NCBI GenBank assembly: GCA_913061495.1
Contig: CAJXVG010000001.1
Coordinates: forward strand, 26,286 to 90,285
From: an uncultured Winogradskyella sp.
GTDB taxonomy: Bacteria; Bacteroidota; Bacteroidia; Flavobacteriales; Flavobacteriaceae
Reading direction: 5' to 3'
Length of the DNA: 64,000 nucleotides
Of this stretch, positions 12,529-22,510 are shown one piece after another; position 1 is the first letter of the stretch, and each line of letters starts with the position of its first letter. The notes beneath the pieces were generated by a model, which saw nothing but the letters and a program-made list of their open reading frames with translations, was not told where the DNA came from and made no database searches. The position numbers and the translations under genes are program-made.

Positions 12529-13095
12529 TTAATTATCAAGTTCAAAATCGCCACCCATTTCAAGCATTTGAAATTTCTCAAAAGTTTTATCAGAATCAAA
12601 GCCTAATCCTTCGGTAAACCCTGTGGTTCTTTTAAAATAGAAAGGTTCATTGGTAAATACCCATTCTAACTTTTCATTGTAGTATAATTGTTCTGTAAAA
12701 AGCGTATCCTTATCGTGTGTAGCAATCCTTACGTTACCTTGAAGGTCAATGATATCCGTATCTGTATAATAAATGGCGTAGTTTGCCAAAATAGTCGTTT
12801 TGTTATCATCTTCATCATAAATTTTTAACTCAACACCTTCAGGGAATTCTGAAAAAGAAAAAGGTCTATTAGAGTAATCCAACATTTTTGGGCTTAAGAG
12901 ATTTGCCAAAAGATCTACAGTTGAATCTTTGTATTCGGTATATTTTAAATCGATGTTCTCAGCTTCACCAATAGGCTGATTTTGGAGTACACCTATTTTC
13001 TGTACTTCATCAAAGTTATTTTTACATGAAAAAAACAAAGTCACAACAATTGCTGTGACTAAGTTTTTTATAATATGTAAATGGTTTGTTCTCAT
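12529..13095 (-). CDS. lptC: LPS export ABC transporter periplasmic protein LptC
   Basis: Lipoprotein-like N-terminus (FFSC), EFPEG, beta-jellyroll-like pattern, TEQLYY. Confidence 0.75.
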   Translation of the reverse strand: MRTNHLHIIKNLVTAIVVTLFFSCKNNFDEVQKIGVLQNQPIGEAENIDLKYTEYKDSTVDLLANLLSPKMLDYSNRPFSFSEFPEGVELKIYDEDDNKTTILANYAIYYTDTDIIDLQGNVRIATHDKDTLFTEQLYYNEKLEWVFTNEPFYFKRTTGFTEGLGFDSDKTFEKFQMLEMGGDFELDN

Positions 13096-14462
13096 TAACC
13101 TGGAACTTTAACTGAACGTTGAATCCAGCATCCAATTCTTATGGTTTTCCCTTTATTACCTTTAGTAAAGATATCTGCTGTAGATGGTGCACTGGCATTA
13201 TAACTTGCAGCAGTTTTAGCAGCTGTAGATTTTAATCTCCCATCAACTCTACCCGCTTTTTGTGCTTCTTGAGCAGCTAACCAAAACACAGCTCTTTTGC
13301 TAAAGTTGTCATCACCACAACTGTTGGCACTTTTAGCATACATATTTGCAATGTAAAGGTAAGGTGACCCATCGGAAGGGTTTAACTTCACAGCTTCCAT
13401 ATAATATTGTCTTGCTCTACTGTACTGACCTTTATCTTTAAGTTCACCTGCCAATTTTTTGTAAAGTCTTGCTTTTTTGATAGGGTCTTTTTCTAACTGA
13501 ATAACCTGATCAAAGTACTTTTGCTCACCAGTTAAAGAATATAGGTAAAACGCTGTATTACCACTTGGCTCAACAGAATTTTTTTGTTTTACCAACTTTA
13601 AGAACAATGGATCGTCCTTACAACCTTTAACATACATTCTGTCCATAGCACGTTGCAACCAAACCGCATCGTTTTTAAACTCTTCATAATCCTTTTGATA
13701 AAGTGGTATTAAAACCTCACAGTTAGCTCTGTCACCTACTTTTTTGTCCATACTAGACTTAACAGTATCGAATGCGTTGAGATTAGATTCGTAAACTCTT
13801 TTATTTTTTGCTTCTTTTTTATTTAATTCTGTCCCAGCTTCTTCTTTTTCTACTAATTTATTTAAGTCTTCGATATAGCCTTTTTCAATTGGCTCAATAA
13901 CCTCCATGATCTCATCATATTTATTAAACATTTTTTGAGCATCATCTGGAGTTTTTGCACCAGCATCATATAAATCAACTGCTAAAGAAAAGTATGTATA
14001 AAGACCTTTAGCACTATCAAAATTTTCTTTGTCTTTTGTAAAAGCCTCATCAAACATGTCATAAACCTGCTGGTCATTTATGTTTAGTTCTTTTCTGTAC
14101 TTATAAGCTAATTGCGCTTTTTCATCTAACATTTTACCCAATGAATACTTAGAAGGAAAATACTGATGACTCTGATCGTATAGCTTCATTAAATCCTTAA
14201 TGTGCGCTACTTGCTCAGCTCCTGTTGAGTTTTCAATTTTATGTTCTAAAATATTGTCACCATAAGCATATATAGCTCTGTTGAATTTTGGACATTTTTC
14301 ACGCACTATTTTCCACGGTCCATATGCCTCATCGTATTTTTTACTTTTATAATAACTATCAAATATCGACAGGTTATTCATACACTCTTCGTCTTGTTGA
14401 GCAAAACTTATGTTGAAACTCACAAAAAGTGCCGCTAGCAATATTGGAATTCTCGTTTTCAT
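13095..14462 (-). CDS. Exported TPR-repeat protein
   Basis: Signal peptide MKTRIP..FAQ (start at 14462 rather than 14513), helical TPR-like repeats. Confidence 0.8.
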   Translation of the reverse strand: MKTRIPILLAALFVSFNISFAQQDEECMNNLSIFDSYYKSKKYDEAYGPWKIVREKCPKFNRAIYAYGDNILEHKIENSTGAEQVAHIKDLMKLYDQSHQYFPSKYSLGKMLDEKAQLAYKYRKELNINDQQVYDMFDEAFTKDKENFDSAKGLYTYFSLAVDLYDAGAKTPDDAQKMFNKYDEIMEVIEPIEKGYIEDLNKLVEKEEAGTELNKKEAKNKRVYESNLNAFDTVKSSMDKKVGDRANCEVLIPLYQKDYEEFKNDAVWLQRAMDRMYVKGCKDDPLFLKLVKQKNSVEPSGNTAFYLYSLTGEQKYFDQVIQLEKDPIKKARLYKKLAGELKDKGQYSRARQYYMEAVKLNPSDGSPYLYIANMYAKSANSCGDDNFSKRAVFWLAAQEAQKAGRVDGRLKSTAAKTAASYNASAPSTADIFTKGNKGKTIRIGCWIQRSVKVPG

Positions 14463-14478
14463 CTTCTTATTTATTATG

Positions 14479-15798
14479 TTAGTTATACTTTCTTTTTTCA
14501 AACCATCTCGCATTCAAAGATAAACTCAAATTAAAGTTTACAAAATTCTCTTGAATTAAGTTTTGGTTTGTTGTTCCTCGTCGCCCAATTTCAACCCCTA
14601 GGTTAGCATTAGAAAACAGGCTTCGGTTCCCAACTGGTAATCCTAGACCAAAAGACATGCCAAACTCTTTAATGGATTCATTTTTTATTACTAAACCTGT
14701 GTTTGCAAAGTTAAAACCTGCTCTGTAAACAATACGTTTAAAGTAACCTGAATATGCATTATAATCTGGGATATAAAATCCACCAACGGCAATTTGGTGC
14801 GATTTTTCATAAACGGTAATCTCATTATTAAAGATTGGGTTTGAAAAATTCCCTGTGTTTACAACAGTGTATTCTGTTCCTACAAACCAGGACCTTGGCT
14901 TTCCTATACCAGCTCCCAGAGTCACAACAGCAGGTAATGTTAAGTCAGTATCTTTTAAGCCATCCGTTTCTAAATCTGCATCAATTGTGTTTCTTACAAT
15001 TTCACTATCATCAAAATTATTTATTATTACAGTAGAATATGAACGTTGATTTTGGGAAGACAATCTAGTTTCTGGTGCATAGGTTGCTGTTGCTGAAAGT
15101 TCAAGATTCTCCGTCACCCTTGTTTTATATGCTACACCAAAATTAAAGTTCAATCCACTTAAATCGGATCTGTTGTTTTCTCTAGTCTGATACTGAACTA
15201 TATCTCCTTCTGGTGTATATAAAACTGCTATTGCACTGTTCTGCACATTCCCAAAATTATAGTTAATATCAACACCTGCACTTAATTTGGGTGTAATTTG
15301 ATAGCCAAAACCAGCAAAGACGCGGTTAACACCACCATCTCCTCTGTAACGATTTTCTAGGTCTCCGTCATCGTTAAAGTCCTCCAGTTTGTAACCCACC
15401 GAAGTATATGGCAAAAGACCAAATCCAAATCCAAACTTCCCAACAGGAATTGTAAGTGCTAAATAATCAAAAGCTGTACTGCTTCCTTCTGCTTCACCAG
15501 AGTTACTTTTGAAATTTAAATTGGAAGATGTACCTGCAACCGTAAATTTAATAGGTCTGCTTTCTCCATCAAAAGGGACTCCTTCAACATTTTTACCTGC
15601 GTAAGCTGCAGGGTTTCTTAGGTTAACGTGGATACTATCTAAGTAAACACCTATTCCACCCATACTGCGATTTTCAACAGTACCTTTAAATTTTAAACTA
15701 CCTATACCGTAAAAGGAGTAAGGAGAAGACGTGCCTTGTTGCGCGAATGCAAAGGAGCCTATAATTGTAACACAAATTACAACGAGCCGTTTTATCAT
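14479..15798 (-). CDS. Outer-membrane beta-barrel protein (FadL-like)
   Basis: Signal peptide, SSPYS.YGIG, NPA motif, alternating beta strands, WF near C-terminus. Confidence 0.75.
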   Translation of the reverse strand: MIKRLVVICVTIIGSFAFAQQGTSSPYSFYGIGSLKFKGTVENRSMGGIGVYLDSIHVNLRNPAAYAGKNVEGVPFDGESRPIKFTVAGTSSNLNFKSNSGEAEGSSTAFDYLALTIPVGKFGFGFGLLPYTSVGYKLEDFNDDGDLENRYRGDGGVNRVFAGFGYQITPKLSAGVDINYNFGNVQNSAIAVLYTPEGDIVQYQTRENNRSDLSGLNFNFGVAYKTRVTENLELSATATYAPETRLSSQNQRSYSTVIINNFDDSEIVRNTIDADLETDGLKDTDLTLPAVVTLGAGIGKPRSWFVGTEYTVVNTGNFSNPIFNNEITVYEKSHQIAVGGFYIPDYNAYSGYFKRIVYRAGFNFANTGLVIKNESIKEFGMSFGLGLPVGNRSLFSNANLGVEIGRRGTTNQNLIQENFVNFNLSLSLNARWFEKRKYN

Positions 15799-16526
15799 TA
15801 TTTTGAATTATAATCTAGAATGAAATTCAAACCGTCCAATAGGAAATTTGAATTGGCAAATATGCCATTTTTTAATTGGTTAGACAAAAAATTGGCATCT
15901 CCACCTGTTAAAATAATTGTTAAATCTGGGTAATTCCCTTTATATTGATCGATAATACCGTCTATTTCTTTGCAAATTCCAAAAACAACACCAGAATGAA
16001 TTGATGTTTCAGTGGTATTCCCTATAATGTTTTCAGGTTTTTCTGTATCTAATAACGGAAGATTAGCGGTTAAATTATTTAGGGATTTGTAGCGTAAGCG
16101 AATTCCCGGAGAAATTGCACCACCTAAATATTCGTTTTCACTGGTAATGAAATCATAAGTAATACAAGTACCAGCATCAATAATTAGAACATTTTTATCA
16201 GGAAAGTGATAAATCGATGCGCTTACCAACGCCATACGATCCACACCTAGTGTACTTGGGGTTTTATACAAATTCCCAAAAGGAAGTTTCGTTTTGGAAT
16301 TGAGCTCCAAAACGTTGAAATTTTCTTTTAAAGTTTCTATGTGATTTTTTGAAAGCTGCCCAACCGAAGATACAATTGCATATTTAATTTTTGGAAAACT
16401 ATTTTTGATGTTGCCCAAACTGAGATTAAATTCAGAAAGTTCAAAACTGACTTTGTGAACTAAATCGGTTTTTTGGTAAACCGCAAATTTTACCAAGGTA
16501 TTTCCCACGTCTACAATAAGATTCAT
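15798..16526 (-). CDS. coaX: Type III pantothenate kinase
   Basis: VDVGNT, LGVDR, IDAGTCIT, GGAISPG, TGGD motifs. Confidence 0.95.
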   Translation of the reverse strand: MNLIVDVGNTLVKFAVYQKTDLVHKVSFELSEFNLSLGNIKNSFPKIKYAIVSSVGQLSKNHIETLKENFNVLELNSKTKLPFGNLYKTPSTLGVDRMALVSASIYHFPDKNVLIIDAGTCITYDFITSENEYLGGAISPGIRLRYKSLNNLTANLPLLDTEKPENIIGNTTETSIHSGVVFGICKEIDGIIDQYKGNYPDLTIILTGGDANFLSNQLKNGIFANSNFLLDGLNFILDYNSK

Positions 16527-16628
16527 ACGCTATTTATATAATGCAAATTTATAAAATCAATTTTTACGATTTTATTTTTGTGAATAATAAAAATGCATCT
16601 ATATTTGCATCCGCTTAATTAAGCAATT

Positions 16629-16704
16629 GGTGCCTTAGCTCAGTTGGTAGAGCAAAGGACTGAAAATCCTTGTGTCCCTGGTTCGATTCCTGGAGGCACC
16701 ACCA
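16629..16704 (+). tRNA. tRNA-Phe(GAA); likely prophage integration target
   Basis: Cloverleaf GGTGCCT..AGGCACC-A-CCA, anticodon loop CTGAAAA, GGTTCGATTCC T arm; upstream TATATTTG promoter. Confidence 0.97.
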
Positions 16705-16711
16705 GAGGCGA

Positions 16712-16798
16712 AAGCCCTGTATTTACAGGGCTTAAGCTTCAAAAAACAAACTCTTTTAGTGTCGTAGTTTTTATCAAAAGGTAATAAAAACGGTAATA
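16712..16798. promoter_or_regulatory. attL-proximal hairpin (16712-16733) and tandem GGTAATA repeats (16780, 16792); possible integrase arm sites
   Basis: AAGCCCTGTA/TACAGGGCTT inverted repeat; 7-bp direct repeats before int. Confidence 0.4.
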
Positions 16799-16803
16799 GA
16801 ACT

Positions 16804-17997
16804 ATGATACTTCTTCCACACGGCTGCAGCTGCAGTGAACCTTCGGTAAATCCCAAAAATTGGAAAACAGGAGGCAAATCTCTCCTAAAGAAAAACTGGC
16901 GCATCCATTATTATTTTAGAGATCCTGAATTCAAGGACAAATATCCCTATGGAAAATTGATATCGATAAAGGGGATGAACAATTTTAAAACATTAGAAGA
17001 AAGACGTGAAGCTACACAATTGTTGATTGATGAGGAACTTTATATTTTAAAGGTTGAAGGCTACAATCCGATAACTAAACAGAAAAACGGTCCCGAGATT
17101 CAGCTGACTTATGACATAGATCCAGACACACTTTTAAAACCTGCCATAGACAAAGCTAGAGACAGAATCGAGGGAGCGGATTCAACATTGTCAGACCTTA
17201 AAACATCTGCCAAGTATTTTAAAAAGAGTGCTGATCAACTGAGGTATTCCGCTTTGAGGATTGGAGATGTTAAACGCGGCCACATCAGAAACATTTTAGA
17301 TAACCAGGCAAAACAAAACAACTACACAAACGAGAGGTATAATAAAGTCAGAGCTTACATGAGCATGATTTTCAAAGAGCTTTTGGATGCTGATGCTATA
17401 GAATTCAACCTTGTTTCTGGTATAAAAAAGAAAAAGGAAACAAAGAAGATAGTTCCCACATTATCAGAAAAAGAAATGATAAAAGTTCGTGAATATTTAA
17501 AAAACAATCACTACACCTTCTATCGTTATTTTGAGATTTTTTTCCGTTCCGGTAGTAGATCCACTGAACTCTTCAGGCTTAAAACCAAAGATGTTGATTT
17601 ATATGGCCAACGCTTTAAGGTATTGGTTAAAAAAGGACGTAACTATGAAGAACAATGGAGAGCCATCAGCAATATTTCAATGCCTTTTTGGACTGAACTA
17701 ATGCAGTCTGCAGATAAAGATGATTTTGTTTTTTCAATAAACTTCACTCCAGGCCCCCAAAAGATTGCAGCTCGTCAAGTTTCAAACAAGTGGAGAAAAT
17801 ATGTTAAAGATAGATTGAACATCTCAGTAAATTTCTATGCACTAAAACACCTGTATACAACCAAAGTAATAAGTTTGTACGATAGAAAAATCGCTTCTGG
17901 AATAAACGGCCATAAATCCAGTATTATGAACGATCAGCATTATGATACCATGAGAAAACAAAGGATATTAGAAGAAGCAAAAAAAATAGATATTTAA
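16804..17997 (+). CDS. int: Phage tyrosine integrase
   Basis: Catalytic R (SGSRSTE), YALKH, GHKS, HY; adjacent to tRNA. Confidence 0.92.
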   Translation: MILLPHGCSCSEPSVNPKNWKTGGKSLLKKNWRIHYYFRDPEFKDKYPYGKLISIKGMNNFKTLEERREATQLLIDEELYILKVEGYNPITKQKNGPEIQLTYDIDPDTLLKPAIDKARDRIEGADSTLSDLKTSAKYFKKSADQLRYSALRIGDVKRGHIRNILDNQAKQNNYTNERYNKVRAYMSMIFKELLDADAIEFNLVSGIKKKKETKKIVPTLSEKEMIKVREYLKNNHYTFYRYFEIFFRSGSRSTELFRLKTKDVDLYGQRFKVLVKKGRNYEEQWRAISNISMPFWTELMQSADKDDFVFSINFTPGPQKIAARQVSNKWRKYVKDRLNISVNFYALKHLYTTKVISLYDRKIASGINGHKSSIMNDQHYDTMRKQRILEEAKKIDI

Positions 17998-17998
17998 A

Positions 17999-18262
17999 AT
18001 GTACTTCACCATCCACATAGATAAAGACGAATTTGATATGACTCAAGAAGAATTTGAATTCCATGAGCGACTGATCAACCGGTTTAAAAGCGAGTACTCG
18101 TATGCTTTTAAATATGAATGTTCTAAGGCTGGTAATGTAGAAGTTGAATTTAATTACTTTACCGAAACACAAAAATTTAAACTGATAAAAATTAGTAGTT
18201 TAGAGCACGTACACAATAGAATTATTTCTGTTTATCCTAAGGTTAAGAAATGGTTTAATTAG
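17999..18262 (+). CDS. Hypothetical protein co-oriented with integrase
   Basis: 87-aa ORF starting 1 nt after the int stop. Confidence 0.6.
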   Translation: MYFTIHIDKDEFDMTQEEFEFHERLINRFKSEYSYAFKYECSKAGNVEVEFNYFTETQKFKLIKISSLEHVHNRIISVYPKVKKWFN

Positions 18263-18611
18263 CAATTAAAACACCACCAATTAAGCCGCCAACGACACCA
18301 ATGGTTGTTGGCAATATCCAATTGTTTTTTTTTCTACGAAGTGCTTTTACTGATTTATCTAACTGCAATTGAAGTCTTTCTGTTTCGGATTGATAGGTGT
18401 TTAGTTGGCTGAAATAAGCTAAGTTGGTTTCGACCAAAAAATCAAACTGTTTTTGTAAATCTATGTAGGCAATGGACATACTGTCGCACTTGTCTATTTT
18501 CCGCTTTATATTTTGAAGTGTGGAAACTTTAACCACTTTAGTCCTGGTATTCTGCGAGAAAATCGTTAAGCTCAGCATCAGTATAGTTGCGATTGTCAAT
18601 AATTTCTTCAT
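18255..18611 (-). CDS. Spanin-like component (signal peptide, coiled coil, C-terminal TM)
   Basis: Overlaps upstream coiled-coil gene in the lysis cassette; no lipobox Cys seen. Confidence 0.5.
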   Translation of the reverse strand: MKKLLTIATILMLSLTIFSQNTRTKVVKVSTLQNIKRKIDKCDSMSIAYIDLQKQFDFLVETNLAYFSQLNTYQSETERLQLQLDKSVKALRRKKNNWILPTTIGVVGGLIGGVLIAN

Positions 18612-18882
18612 CTTGCTTTAATTTATCGTTGATGTCCTTTGATTTTTTTTGGACATTTTTTGTCCTGTTTTGCTGATTTTGGGTCAAGTTCTTAATTTCA
18701 GTGTTTAAGGAAACGATGCTGTCTTTTGCTTGGCTGTATTGCTTTTCTATGGATTTAAAATACTGATATTTATAATACCCTTTTCCAACGCCTGAATAAA
18801 TGGCATAACCAACAGCAATTAAAGCTATAATTATAAATAGCTTTGCAATTGGGCTTTGTATTTTGAACCACGTCCAGATCAT
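18538..18882 (-). CDS. i-spanin-like protein
   Basis: N-terminal TM then coiled coil; directly after endolysin. Confidence 0.55.
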   Translation of the reverse strand: MIWTWFKIQSPIAKLFIIIALIAVGYAIYSGVGKGYYKYQYFKSIEKQYSQAKDSIVSLNTEIKNLTQNQQNRTKNVQKKSKDINDKLKQDEEIIDNRNYTDAELNDFLAEYQD

Positions 18883-19292
18883 TATTTTCTCATTTGAAAA
18901 TGTGGCGTATCTACAAAACCATCCTCTATATTGTTCTTGTTAAAATCACCTCCCCAAACATTTTTTGGATGCAATGAAACCCAGTAATCCCCTAAAGACT
19001 TGACCGTGTTAAAATCATAGGTAAGCTCACCGTTCACAAAAAAATTAAAGTCAACCGCTAATCTATCTGCGTGGCTGCTTAATAATGTTTGGCTCAATTT
19101 TCTTTGCTTAACCAATTTAATACCTAGCACACCGCCTTTTTCAACTCTATAACCAAAATAGTTAAGAAGTATCTGTGAATTGGTTCTGTGTGCTTCACCA
19201 AATGTTAGCTCTATTCCTAGAACATCATAAGCGTAGGTTATCAAACAACCAATGTTTCTTGTAAATACTCTTTGTTTTTGTGATAAACTCAT
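18882..19292 (-). CDS. Endolysin, M15 family metallopeptidase
   Basis: SSHADRLAVD (SxH..AxD), WGGDF, DTPHFQ. Confidence 0.85.
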   Translation of the reverse strand: MSLSQKQRVFTRNIGCLITYAYDVLGIELTFGEAHRTNSQILLNYFGYRVEKGGVLGIKLVKQRKLSQTLLSSHADRLAVDFNFFVNGELTYDFNTVKSLGDYWVSLHPKNVWGGDFNKNNIEDGFVDTPHFQMRK

Positions 19293-20053
19293 ATTCTAGA
19301 TTTTACAAACCGTTTAAAGTCATAAACACTTTTAGTAAGGTTTTCGTTTTTTAAATGAGGGTCAACAACATCAAAATTGAAGCTGACAAACAAGGCTTCG
19401 TTCTTGCGTGATTCAACCATCAATATTATAAACGATTTTATGTTTCCTTGCTTCAAGTATTCCTTTGACATCCCGAAATAAACCATTGATTCTTTTGTTA
19501 CGTCTGGCACGTAAACAGAAGTTTCAGTAGTTACGGCTTTAAGGTTTATGTTTTCCCAACCTTTATAAAGTTTTGGGTTACCACCATCTTCTGAATAATC
19601 TTCTTCAATACTCGATTCTGTACTTACATATACATCCAGTTCCCAATTTCCGTTCATTTCTAAAGGACTTCCGCCGTTGTGGATAGAATAGTAATTGACA
19701 CCTATGCAGTTGTTTAAAATAAGATACTTGTACTTTGTAGATTCATCGTCTATCTCACCTCTGTATTTAGCTACTTTTTTAAGACGCTTAATTGCATTTG
19801 CTTCTTCTATGCTATCTCTTAACCTCTGCATCATACGCTCATTGTCAAGCATTATCTCGGCTTCTTTAACCGTTAGCGGTTGTTCCTCAAAAATCTCTTT
19901 CACTTCAACCCTAAAAGTCATCAAGAATATCATAATCATTGTAAAAAAAACGATAACAACGACCAATAAAGATTTAAGAGCTGGTGGTACGCTCTTGAAT
20001 CCGTGTGAGAATATGCCTATCAATTGGCTCATAAGGCTCTGTCTGTTTTCCAT
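19289..20053 (-). CDS. Single-TM protein with large soluble domain (holin/lysis-control candidate)
   Basis: One TM near N-terminus, YYSIHNGG motif, position before endolysin. Confidence 0.45.
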   Translation of the reverse strand: MENRQSLMSQLIGIFSHGFKSVPPALKSLLVVVIVFFTMIMIFLMTFRVEVKEIFEEQPLTVKEAEIMLDNERMMQRLRDSIEEANAIKRLKKVAKYRGEIDDESTKYKYLILNNCIGVNYYSIHNGGSPLEMNGNWELDVYVSTESSIEEDYSEDGGNPKLYKGWENINLKAVTTETSVYVPDVTKESMVYFGMSKEYLKQGNIKSFIILMVESRKNEALFVSFNFDVVDPHLKNENLTKSVYDFKRFVKSRI

Positions 20054-20097
20054 TAATTCATATTTTAAGCCCTAATCCCTTTGAACTTAATAGCAAT

Positions 20098-20430
20098 TTA
20101 TTTTTTTTCTTTGTCAAACCCTGCACTTATAGAAAAGCCTAGCAGTAAGAATGCCTTTAGATTTCCTGCGATGTCCCAACCAAAAAACTCTTTAATTAAA
20201 TCTGCTGATTCTGGCATTATATTGATCATAAGACCTAACAGGAAAATGACTATTGCTGTCCATATCCATATAAATCTACTTTCTATCCAAATGGATTGCC
20301 AAAAGACGTTATGGCCAATGTCTTTTATCAATGGCTTCTTTAGATATTTTCTGAAGGCTATCACGTTATAAATTAATATGCCCAGTAAGCCTATTCCGAA
20401 TTGTGCTAAAATGTTTAAAATATTTTCCAT
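20098..20430 (-). CDS. Holin-like membrane protein
   Basis: 110 aa, 2-3 TM helices, charged C-terminus, in lysis cassette. Confidence 0.55.
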   Translation of the reverse strand: MENILNILAQFGIGLLGILIYNVIAFRKYLKKPLIKDIGHNVFWQSIWIESRFIWIWTAIVIFLLGLMINIMPESADLIKEFFGWDIAGNLKAFLLLGFSISAGFDKEKK

Positions 20431-20439
20431 GATAATTAT

Positions 20440-20805
20440 TTAAGAGGCTTTGATTTTTTTTAAATATTTCTCAAACTTTAGGTTGTTGATTTTGGCAATT
20501 TCTTCGTTATAATACTCAGCAACGGTTTTCCTTGTCTTAGCAATTTTTAAAACTTCATCTGGTGATATTCTTTCATTATTTCCGTAAAGCTCAAATTGCG
20601 TCATTGCAATGATATTGGCTTGCTCTTTTTGTTTTTGATTTAATTTTTCAAATGCTTTAACCTGTTGCGATATTTGCTCATTTTTATAATCGAACATAAG
20701 TTTTTGGATTGAAGCTTTAAACAATTTAAAAACATACATTTTACCTAAACCTGTATCCCATGGATAACGGTTGTTATAACTATATATGTGAAATGGTAAA
20801 GCCAT
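20440..20805 (-). CDS. Hypothetical phage protein
   Basis: ORF packed in the minus-strand operon. Confidence 0.65.
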   Translation of the reverse strand: MALPFHIYSYNNRYPWDTGLGKMYVFKLFKASIQKLMFDYKNEQISQQVKAFEKLNQKQKEQANIIAMTQFELYGNNERISPDEVLKIAKTRKTVAEYYNEEIAKINNLKFEKYLKKIKAS

Positions 20806-20808
20806 AAA

Positions 20809-21576
20809 TCATTTTTCACCACTGTGTAGATTGCTCATTCTGTTTTCTAAAATCTCGATTTTTTTATCTTGTGCTTTTAACAAATATTCCAACTCTATGA
20901 GTTTGTTTATTAAAAGCTCATTAGATAGATTTTTGTAATCTATGATTGTCTGAAAACTTTCTTTTACTTTAACGGGTTCTTTTTCATAGGGCAATAGTTG
21001 AATTAATGTAGCTTTTGTTTCTGTGGAGGTGTCATCCTCACTTTGGGATTTTCCGCCTCGACCTCTTAAATGGATGCTTACCAAATCTTCTTTGCCATTA
21101 CTGTAAAGCTCTACTTTTATGCCTTTAGTTTTAATAGGTTGCATATTTTCGGGTTTCCACTCATAGATGCCACTATCTATCCAGCCACCTACACCATAAT
21201 CAATAACTTCCCAGTCTTTTTCTTTTTTATAGCTGATTATCCAAGTAGTGTTAGGCTGTGGCTGGTTATCATAAGTACCACCAAAAGTGATATAATTGAT
21301 AAGCTTTTCTTCTTCCCACTCTACTTTCCACCAAAAGGGTTTTTGCTTTCCTAGATTTTCTTGAGATTTAACACCATATTCTGCCCACCTCGTTTCATTT
21401 TCGTAGTTGCCAGTCTTTGGATTGAAAAGAATATCGGTTGGCTTTCCACGTCCTTCAGAAACACTTCCGCTAACATTGGCATCTAGGGACAAAGCCAAGT
21501 TAACGGATGCATCTGGCTCATTTTGAGCGTAGGTTAAGCTTGTTAGGGTTAATGCTATTAGTATTAAATTTTTCAT
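20809..21576 (-). CDS. Signal-peptide protein with discoidin/galactose-binding-like domain and C-terminal coiled coil
   Basis: MKNL..TYAQ signal; VNLAL, WWKVEW, PIKTKGIKV pattern. Confidence 0.6.
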   Translation of the reverse strand: MKNLILIALTLTSLTYAQNEPDASVNLALSLDANVSGSVSEGRGKPTDILFNPKTGNYENETRWAEYGVKSQENLGKQKPFWWKVEWEEEKLINYITFGGTYDNQPQPNTTWIISYKKEKDWEVIDYGVGGWIDSGIYEWKPENMQPIKTKGIKVELYSNGKEDLVSIHLRGRGGKSQSEDDTSTETKATLIQLLPYEKEPVKVKESFQTIIDYKNLSNELLINKLIELEYLLKAQDKKIEILENRMSNLHSGEK

Positions 21577-21590
21577 AGTTATATAGATTT

Positions 21591-22499
21591 TTAAATTCCT
21601 CTTCCCAATGCTTCTTGAAAGGTCTGTACAGCGTTTAAAAGGTTAGTAGCTTCCGTGTCTGTCAAGCTTGACCCAACCGAACAAAACCTCCAATCAAAAG
21701 TGCCAATTGTAGAGCCTGTTCTGAATGAACCATCATCGTTCCAAGTATTAAATGCTAATTCTTCACTACTTATATCATTAGTACCTCTATCGCCAGTATT
21801 ATGTCCCAACTCAACACCATCCCTAAATACTTTAAAATTCGTTGGAGATGACCTTGTAGCTATCCAATAACCTAATGGATTACCACCATTGTTACCACCA
21901 ATCCTACCAGGAGGAGCGCAACATTCATAAACATCAAAAGCATAAGAGGACGTATTATAAGCTAGTTCAAAACTAAAACGGTCATCACTTCCACTTCTTG
22001 AGCCAAATGCAATTTCAGCGGAGTTTCTAGTAGGAGACGAACCCGCATAAACACTCATATGCATATCATCGGGTACACTCTCTTCATAAGGAATATAATT
22101 AGTATCTGCATATCTAGTGCCTTGACCCGCAAATCCGTTAGCTGTTGAAAAAGTGCCTCCACTACCTAACCAACTTAACCTAAATGCCTCATCTAGATTC
22201 CTAGGGTCTTTTAGATTGTATTTCATCATTTCAGCATTACTCCCAACTAACGGGTAAGCGAAATGTATTTTATCCCACAAACTTTGCGTTTTTAACCCCA
22301 CTACTAAATCATTGATAGCATCTTTAGTGGTTTGGGTTAAACTCCCGTGTGATTCAACCGCATTTATAAAAGCTTGTGCATCTGTATCATTTTGGCCTTC
22401 GTTATCGTATTGAGCCTTACTAGCTATTAACAGCATTTCGTGTTGGGAAAACCCCAAACTAAAAATAAATAAAACTAAAATTAAAATTACCCTTTTCAT
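21591..22499 (-). CDS. Signal-peptide protein with LamG/concanavalin-like domain (receptor-binding-like)
   Basis: Start MKRVIL..FSQ at 22499; DAQAFI..LK...LWDK..YP and FQEALGR patterns typical of phage LamG-like proteins. Confidence 0.6.
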   Translation of the reverse strand: MKRVILILVLFIFSLGFSQHEMLLIASKAQYDNEGQNDTDAQAFINAVESHGSLTQTTKDAINDLVVGLKTQSLWDKIHFAYPLVGSNAEMMKYNLKDPRNLDEAFRLSWLGSGGTFSTANGFAGQGTRYADTNYIPYEESVPDDMHMSVYAGSSPTRNSAEIAFGSRSGSDDRFSFELAYNTSSYAFDVYECCAPPGRIGGNNGGNPLGYWIATRSSPTNFKVFRDGVELGHNTGDRGTNDISSEELAFNTWNDDGSFRTGSTIGTFDWRFCSVGSSLTDTEATNLLNAVQTFQEALGRGI

Positions 22500-22510
22500 T
22501 TTTCTAAAAT

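Noticed and set aside
16635..16904. 89-aa minus-strand ORF
   Set aside because: Antisense to tRNA-Phe and the integrase start; a shadow ORF.
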